From: Opitutales bacterium
Lineage (GTDB): Bacteria; Verrucomicrobiota; Verrucomicrobiia; Opitutales; PNEW01
Direction of reading: 5' to 3'
Assembly: GCA_965219535.1 (NCBI GenBank)
Contig: CBDCNV010000001.1
Span: forward strand, 360,001 to 392,000
DNA length: 32,000 nucleotides
This document shows, one piece after another, positions 26,416-32,000 of the stretch (the first letter of the stretch is position 1; every line of letters begins with the position of its first letter). The position numbers and the translations under genes were made by a program. The notes beneath the pieces are model-generated. The model was given only the letters and a program-made list of their open reading frames with translations, was not told the origin of the DNA and did not search any database.

Positions 26416-27294
26416 TTATGACCAGACAAATATTTCGGGGTCATTGTCCGTGTAACCAAAAAAGGTAGCCAAGACAATCCGTGGACGATTGCCCGTAAAA
26501 CGCGGCGCCTCATGAAGTCGGTGGGAGTTAAAAAAATAAATATCTCCTTCAGCTAGCGACACGCCGCAACTTTCGATCCGATTTTTTTCAGCGTATTCAT
26601 AAAAAGATTTTGTTAGAATGCCTATACCCCCTGCGCTATAATGTTCCTGTTCCAGATTTTTATTCCATTCACTGCGATGTATGATGGAGTCAAAACCGGT
26701 TGGTTTATTTTCCGGTGCTTGCACCAGTAATATACCCCCCAATTGGGTATGAAACCGGTGAACAGCGTAATTCGTTCGGCCGTCACGAATACTTACCGAG
26801 TCGATATGCGGTGGATAGCCCCAGTAGGGCATGTGACAACGAAAAATTGCAGCCCCATAGTGACGTCCATCAGGCTCGTAGGCTGTCACTGCCTGCTTCC
26901 CCGGTGATAAACGGGTGATGGTTTCGTATAGTTGATGAATGGGATTTTGCATCCCTGCAAAGAGTGTTTCATAAAGTTGGGTAGTCTTTTCAGCATCAGC
27001 GAAAAAATGATTTTGATCATCACCAATATTGGAGAGACTGGTGCCGATATCAATGCGTTCAAAGTCACACTTCCCGGTGATGGGTTCGCCGGGCTTTGGC
27101 AGGCCGGGGACCAAATTCTGCTCATAGAAACGCGCGACGAGTTGTGAACACATTTCTGAGGGATAAGCATTGCGCAAAATAATCGCGGGTATTTCCCCGG
27201 CCGCTAACGCTCCCATGGGATTGTTATTCACCTTAAGCAATTCATCTACATCCCCTTCGAGGGGTTTCCAGCTGGAATCATTCATGGCTTTCAA
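26416..27294 (-). CDS. Uncharacterised protein, candidate prolyl-hydroxylase-like Fe(II)/2-oxoglutarate-dependent oxygenase
   Basis: It has an HxD motif (PPHIDSV). About 100 residues later comes G-D-x-x-F-F-N-S-x-x-L-H-E-x-P followed by RPRIVLATFF, which resembles the distal His and Arg strand of the 2OG-FeII_Oxy fold. The track start is a TTG, and the ATG at 27285 (MNDSSW...) is the more likely start. Confidence 0.45.
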   Translation of the reverse strand: MKAMNDSSWKPLEGDVDELLKVNNNPMGALAAGEIPAIILRNAYPSEMCSQLVARFYEQNLVPGLPKPGEPITGKCDFERIDIGTSLSNIGDDQNHFFADAEKTTQLYETLFAGMQNPIHQLYETITRLSPGKQAVTAYEPDGRHYGAAIFRCHMPYWGYPPHIDSVSIRDGRTNYAVHRFHTQLGGILLVQAPENKPTGFDSIIHRSEWNKNLEQEHYSAGGIGILTKSFYEYAEKNRIESCGVSLAEGDIYFFNSHRLHEAPRFTGNRPRIVLATFFGYTDNDPEIFVWS

Positions 27295-27397
27295 TTGTCG
27301 AATTCCAAGTGCCGGTTTGCAATAGCCAATTGGAAAGTAAGAACGATAGTTTCAGTCTGTATGGGGACAACAGCGCATCCCCGCAAAGGAATCACTT

Positions 27398-28573
27398 TTA
27401 TTGAATACGGTAAAGTTCAGGACTGGAAGTGGTGATTGATTCACATCCATTTTCTGTTACCTGCACCATATCCTCGATGTTGATCGAACCGAGTCCCTCG
27501 ATGCGTAGAGGGATTTCAACACATAGTGTCATCCCGGCTTCCAGGATTATATCACTTCCTTTAACTAAAAACGGCCATTCGTGCGCATCCCGACCAATGC
27601 CATGACCAACCATAAAGGAGAATAGCTGATAACCGTTACTTTTCATCACCTGCGATCCCAGTTCGTGCAGATCGCCCCCGCGTGCCCCTGCTTTAACGTC
27701 ACCCCTTACGGCTTTATATGTTTCAAAAGTTGCGTTCATCGCTCTTAATAGCTCTGGATTGGGATCGCCCAACACGCCCACTCGAGACATGTCACATACA
27801 TAACCGCCATAGCTGCCACCTGTATCGACACGCAGTGCTTCCCCTGGCAGGGCGGGCACATCGCGCGGTACAATATCTGAAGCACCCTTGGGTCCAAAGG
27901 CGACGTGTGCCCAAAGAAACTTTGCTCCTTTCTCAGCAAGGGAAACCTTTAAATTATGTTCGAACTCCAGTTCAGTCGTCCCATCCCGCACAGCGTCGTA
28001 TGCGGTATTAATCGCTTGCTCTGTTGTCTTCCCCGCGATTTTCATTCGCCTGATCTCTTCAGCAGATTTAATAGACCGCAGACGAGAGAGGAGAGGGCCG
28101 GCATCAGTAAAGCGAACTTGGGGTAATTTGCTGCACAATCTTTTGTAGGAGGCTACTGGAAGGGAGGCCATCTCCACACCAATACTTGCTGAAGCGAGGT
28201 TTCGGTCTTTTATCGCTGATACCGCTGCTTCTACTGGATCAGCTGCTTGTCTATCAGCGCTTATACCCACACCGGGAATCGGCAATTTACGGCCATAGAA
28301 GTAACGCTCTTTAACCCAGGGTTCATTTTCCGAAAAAAATCCCCCTTCGCCTACCCAGGGAGTAAAAAACGGTGCCAGCTTTTCATCCAGAGGCAGTCCG
28401 ACGAAGGACTGGTAAAACATGCTTCCATCATCCAGTAACCAGCTAGAATTATAGATACAGTGACAATAGTAGTCGAGCAAGTAGCTTACATTGGATATTG
28501 AATTTGACAGGACTAAATCCAGACCTGCTTCCTGCATCAATATTGATGCGCGCGCATAGTCAAAAAGCCGCAT
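27398..28573 (-). CDS. M24-family metallohydrolase with a creatinase/prolidase-type N-terminal domain, paralog A
   Basis: The motifs are LRVDTGGSYGGYVCDMSR, GHGIGRDAHEWPF, GMTLCVEIP and INIEDMVQVT. It is collinear with the 25158..26351 product from the N-terminus (MRLFDYARASILMQEAG vs MKLFDEEKASQFMKSQG). Confidence 0.85.
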   Translation of the reverse strand: MRLFDYARASILMQEAGLDLVLSNSISNVSYLLDYYCHCIYNSSWLLDDGSMFYQSFVGLPLDEKLAPFFTPWVGEGGFFSENEPWVKERYFYGRKLPIPGVGISADRQAADPVEAAVSAIKDRNLASASIGVEMASLPVASYKRLCSKLPQVRFTDAGPLLSRLRSIKSAEEIRRMKIAGKTTEQAINTAYDAVRDGTTELEFEHNLKVSLAEKGAKFLWAHVAFGPKGASDIVPRDVPALPGEALRVDTGGSYGGYVCDMSRVGVLGDPNPELLRAMNATFETYKAVRGDVKAGARGGDLHELGSQVMKSNGYQLFSFMVGHGIGRDAHEWPFLVKGSDIILEAGMTLCVEIPLRIEGLGSINIEDMVQVTENGCESITTSSPELYRIQ

Positions 28574-28609
28574 CTTATGAAGTATTATAAATCAAAACTC
28601 ACAACAATC

Positions 28610-29575
28610 CTAGTAACCCCTGGCGATGTCCACAATATTTATGCACTCATCTCCGTTAAGGTAGCGCTGCAGGTTTTCAATTAATATATCCGCGTTGCGA
28701 TCGTTATGCCGATCGGTATCTCCAGAGATATGAGGCGTAATCAAGGTATTCGGTAAGTCCCAGAGTTCACTGCTCGAGGAAAGGGGTTCTTCCGCAAAGC
28801 AGTCGAGTGCCGCACCCGCAATCCAATTTTCCCGCATAGCTTTTATCAGGGCCGTATCATTGATTACTTTTCCCCGCGTGACATTAATTAAAAAGGCGGT
28901 TGGTTTCATCTTCCTGAATTCCACCTCGCCGATAAGATCTTCTGTTTCGGATGTGAGGGGAACACTCAAGGCGATGAAATCGCTTGCGGCCAGCAGTGGG
29001 TCGAGTTCATTTTTTGGCAATACTTCGACCCCTTCTTCAATCTTCCGGCTGGTCGATGACCGTCGCGTAGCCATTATGGACATGCCAAAGCACTGGGCGA
29101 GGCGCGCAATTTCACGGCCGATACTGCCGTAACCGATAATTCCCAACGTCTTGTCTCTCAATTCTGAACGCCTGTGTTCCAGAAAGTGATCCTTGTTCCA
29201 TAAATGTTCTTTATGGTCGCGCACCATACGGGGAAAGTCGCGGGATAAACTCACCATCTGACTGAGCACATACTCGGCAATGGGTTTAGATGATACGCCA
29301 CTGGCATTCGTGAGAACAACATCGCTGTGCATTATAGGTTTATCACTGAAGCACTCGATTCCCGTGCCCCACCAATGCACCCACTTTAACTGGGGCCCCT
29401 TTTCTAAATCGAAATCGGGGAATTCTGTGACCAGCACTTCAACCCCGGTCAGGGTATTATTCAATTCATCCAAATTCTGAACCGCTTGTATAGACAAACC
29501 GGGAGACAGCGCTTGTATTCTTTCAACGTATGACTCCTGTCCACTTACCGCAAAGAGAACATTTATCTTTTCCAT
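28610..29575 (-). CDS. D-isomer-specific 2-hydroxyacid dehydrogenase family, NAD(P)-binding
   Basis: It has the GIIGYGSIGREIARLA Rossmann motif. The catalytic R/E/H positions are NVTRGKVI, LDCFAEEPL and TPHISG. Confidence 0.88.
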   Translation of the reverse strand: MEKINVLFAVSGQESYVERIQALSPGLSIQAVQNLDELNNTLTGVEVLVTEFPDFDLEKGPQLKWVHWWGTGIECFSDKPIMHSDVVLTNASGVSSKPIAEYVLSQMVSLSRDFPRMVRDHKEHLWNKDHFLEHRRSELRDKTLGIIGYGSIGREIARLAQCFGMSIMATRRSSTSRKIEEGVEVLPKNELDPLLAASDFIALSVPLTSETEDLIGEVEFRKMKPTAFLINVTRGKVINDTALIKAMRENWIAGAALDCFAEEPLSSSSELWDLPNTLITPHISGDTDRHNDRNADILIENLQRYLNGDECINIVDIARGY

Positions 29576-29594
29576 AATATTTACTTTTATTTAC

Positions 29595-30938
29595 TTATTG
29601 TCCGTTGGGAAATGCGTCTTTTACCTCGGCCATCGCACCATCAATTCCTTCCAGTGCGCGTTCGATGTCCTCTTCAGTATGCGCTGACGAAAATCCGTGA
29701 TGGGGAGAGACGTGAAAATATACTCCTCGATTGATACAGCCCGCGATAAACTTTAGAAGCATCTCATGGTTTTGGCCGGCTGCTTCACGGTAGTTTGTCA
29801 CTTCATGTGTGACACCAAAATAAATACCGAAACGGGGGCCCGCATATTGTAATTTTACCGGCAGACCACTGCTATCAATTATCTTCTGGAACCCGGTGTA
29901 AAATACATTTCCGATACTATTTAAGTTATCGTAAAAATCGGGTTCAGCAAATATCTCCAAGGCTGCCTGTGCGGCAAGCACTGTTGTCAAATGCGATAGA
30001 TAAGTACCGCTGTGTTCACTTTCCCCCTCTGGGCGAAAATGCATCATAACATCCCGCTTGCCGGCAATGGCACTAATCGGCATCCCGCCGCCGAATGCTT
30101 TGCCCAGAACACATAAGTCGGGTATTACATTGAGATAGCTCTGCGCTCCACCGGTAGACAGGCGAAAGGCAGTTAAAACTTCGTCGAAGAACAGCAAAGC
30201 ATTATGATGATCGCAGAGGTCGCGGCAATGTTGAACAAACCCTGGCTTGGGTAGTATACAACCTGCATCATAGTTGATGGGTTCCATTATGAGGGTCGCG
30301 ATATCCTGTCCCTGTTCAGTAAATACTTTTTCCAGTGCGTCAAAGTCATTGAAGGGAACAATGATCAATTTATCTGCCAGGGTTTTCGCCATCCCGGCTG
30401 ACTGTGGATAGGGAAGGGGGTTCGCATTGGGCCCGGCTTCATTCAACGGCGGTGCGACACTGTAGTTGAGATCATCAGAATAACCGTGGAAATGGCCTTC
30501 GAATTTGATGATCTTTTCTCGCCCTGTAGCAGTACGCGCCAAACGTAAGGCGTGCATTATGGTTTCAGTACCGGATCCCGCGAAGCGCACCATCTCGGCA
30601 CAGGGTACCATTTCAGTGATGCGCTTTGCTAACGCGGAATGATGCTCGGTTTCGTAGGCACAAATAATTCCAAGTTCTAACGCGCGTGTAACGGCAGCTT
30701 TTATTAATGGATGATTGTGACCAATCAGTGATGCGCCATGGGACATACACATGTCTATATACTCGCGGCCGTTTATGTCGTATACTTTTGCTCCATCACC
30801 GCGAGATATATAGAGCGGGTGTCCCAGCGCCCCATTCGCGCGGGCGGATGCCGACACGCCTCCGGGCAGGTATAGCTTCGCGAAGTCGTATAATTCATGA
30901 CTGCGATCGGTAGGAGACTCTTGGATGGGTTTGGGCAT
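29595..30938 (-). CDS. Class-III PLP-dependent aminotransferase, glutamate-1-semialdehyde aminomutase-like
   Basis: It is collinear by eye with HemL-type proteins (YLPGGVSASAR, GHNHP, SGTETIMHALRLAR, KFEGHFHG, FDEVLTAFRL). The PLP-lysine motif is PDLCVLGKAFGGGMP. Confidence 0.88.
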   Translation of the reverse strand: MPKPIQESPTDRSHELYDFAKLYLPGGVSASARANGALGHPLYISRGDGAKVYDINGREYIDMCMSHGASLIGHNHPLIKAAVTRALELGIICAYETEHHSALAKRITEMVPCAEMVRFAGSGTETIMHALRLARTATGREKIIKFEGHFHGYSDDLNYSVAPPLNEAGPNANPLPYPQSAGMAKTLADKLIIVPFNDFDALEKVFTEQGQDIATLIMEPINYDAGCILPKPGFVQHCRDLCDHHNALLFFDEVLTAFRLSTGGAQSYLNVIPDLCVLGKAFGGGMPISAIAGKRDVMMHFRPEGESEHSGTYLSHLTTVLAAQAALEIFAEPDFYDNLNSIGNVFYTGFQKIIDSSGLPVKLQYAGPRFGIYFGVTHEVTNYREAAGQNHEMLLKFIAGCINRGVYFHVSPHHGFSSAHTEEDIERALEGIDGAMAEVKDAFPNGQ

Positions 30939-31023
30939 TTCTACTGCATATATATGTCAACCTGTCATCGCTCGGCAATACGAAACTATAACTCGGCTTG
31001 GCAGAGCTTCTTCAATCTAAATT

Positions 31024-32000
31024 CTATGACGCGCTTGCTATCGAAACACCCACGAGGAGTATAAGTATTCCAATCAAGAAGAATGCAACGAGTGTACTCG
31101 CTTTTTTACTTTCTCTTCGCGGCCCGAAATAACTCACGAGGCAGCCGACGATAATATTCATCACCAAGCCGGTGGCGCCCACATATTGGGGGCTTAGGGG
31201 CGTTAGACCGGTGAAAATATGCCAGAAGGAAAACATGAGGCTGGCAGTAAACCCATAGATCACACCCATGAGTGCGCCTAAAGGTGTTGCAAAGGGGACA
31301 AAGAATACGAGGAAAAAGAGTCCAAAGTTTTGCGGCAACAGTAGATTGGCCAAACGCATCGTCATCTCAACAAAATTGCCCGGCATATACTTCATATACA
31401 TGCTGGCAATGATCACTACGAATCCGGCTCCGAATGTAATCCCTTTTGCACAGAGCACATGTTTCATTTCAGACTCCGGTTTTAGTCCGAAACGATCGAT
31501 GAAATCAGTCATCACCACCGCTGTGATGGAGTTTATTCCTGAGTCGAGGCTGGACATCCCGGCAGCCAGCATGGCGGCGACGACTAGACCGGCAATCCCC
31601 ATAGGCAAGTGGTTGGCAATATAGTAGGGGAAAATTTTATCAGCGTCTCTTATTAAATCCATGTCTTGTGGCAGCAGCTGCGGGTTCGCGCTGAAATAAC
31701 CCAACAAGGCAAACCCGAGTACAACTAAGACGAAGACAACGATAAAGGTGACGAGAGAATTCACACCATAGGAACGGCGAGCGTCACGAGCATCCCTCGT
31801 AGCCATGAAGCGTTGGATTGGCAATTGGTCGCCTCCAGCCATGCAAACTTTCCAGACGACTCCCGAGATGATGGCGCCTATAAGCGAGACGCGCATATGG
31901 GGATCAAAACTGAATAGAGGTTGTGTGTCCCAGGTTGACACCCAGGATGTGGGCCACCAGGAAAATCCACCGCTTTCAATAGTGATAATCAATACCGTTA
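31024..32000 (-). CDS. Sodium:solute symporter (SSS/SLC5) family transporter. It is partial because the N-terminus lies beyond the window end.
   Basis: The frame is open to position 32000. The motifs DQLPIQRFMATRDARDARRS and GMSSLDSGINSITAVVMTDF parallel DQAIVQRYFTTPDEKTAAKS and SMSTLDSGMNSIATAVVTDF in the 10341..12863 fusion protein. It has many TM helices. Confidence 0.85.
   Translation of the reverse strand, partial: TVLIITIESGGFSWWPTSWVSTWDTQPLFSFDPHMRVSLIGAIISGVVWKVCMAGGDQLPIQRFMATRDARDARRSYGVNSLVTFIVVFVLVVLGFALLGYFSANPQLLPQDMDLIRDADKIFPYYIANHLPMGIAGLVVAAMLAAGMSSLDSGINSITAVVMTDFIDRFGLKPESEMKHVLCAKGITFGAGFVVIIASMYMKYMPGNFVEMTMRLANLLLPQNFGLFFLVFFVPFATPLGALMGVIYGFTASLMFSFWHIFTGLTPLSPQYVGATGLVMNIIVGCLVSYFGPRRESKKASTLVAFFLIGILILLVGVSIASAS

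Noticed and set aside
25158-28573. Naming the two M24 proteins as creatinase, ectoine hydrolase (DoeA) or prolidase (PepQ)
   Set aside because: All of these share the creatinase-N plus pita-bread architecture. Retention of the metal ligands argues against true creatinase, but specificity cannot be read from the sequence by eye. The partner genes of the ectoine pathway are also absent.
29595-30938. Calling the aminotransferase the housekeeping hemL
   Set aside because: The fold and PLP motif are HemL-like. However, it is 447 aa and sits inside a transporter/hydrolase operon rather than a tetrapyrrole context. GSAM-like enzymes include many transaminases with other substrates, so no gene symbol is assigned.

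Overview
The window comes from a diderm-type bacterium and falls into three blocks.

**Block 1 (1-10124): hopanoid biosynthesis locus.** It is arranged divergently around a 240-bp intergenic region.
- Minus strand: sqs, shc, hpnG, hpnA (partial).
- Plus strand: ispH, hpnH, hpnB, an MlaC-like hpnM and an MlaA/VacJ-like lipoprotein.

**Block 2 (10341-12863): one stand-alone plus-strand gene.** It encodes a lipobox-bearing Kelch/NanM-like beta-propeller fused to a sodium:solute symporter.

**Block 3 (12894-32000): an uninterrupted minus-strand array of about 19 kb.** In transcription order it encodes:
- a partial SSS transporter;
- a GSAM-like class-III aminotransferase;
- a D-2-hydroxyacid dehydrogenase;
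- an M24 hydrolase;
- a candidate prolyl-hydroxylase-like 2OG/Fe(II) oxygenase;
- a second M24 hydrolase;
- four tandem paralogous family-5 lipoprotein substrate-binding proteins, one carrying an in-frame TGA;
- an OppB/C/D/F-type translocator.

I recognised no rRNA, tRNA, CRISPR array, transposase, integrase or phage gene.

**Most worth a second look:**
- the orphan catabolic module attached to the multi-SBP importer;
- the mosaic SBP array, which has 488-bp and 185-bp perfectly identical tracts between non-adjacent copies;
- the propeller-symporter fusion, whose signal peptide has no canonical start codon;
- the Mla-like pair at the end of the hopanoid locus.

All functional calls rest on by-eye motif and family recognition from the translated ORFs. 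No searches or computations were run, and the taxon is not assigned.
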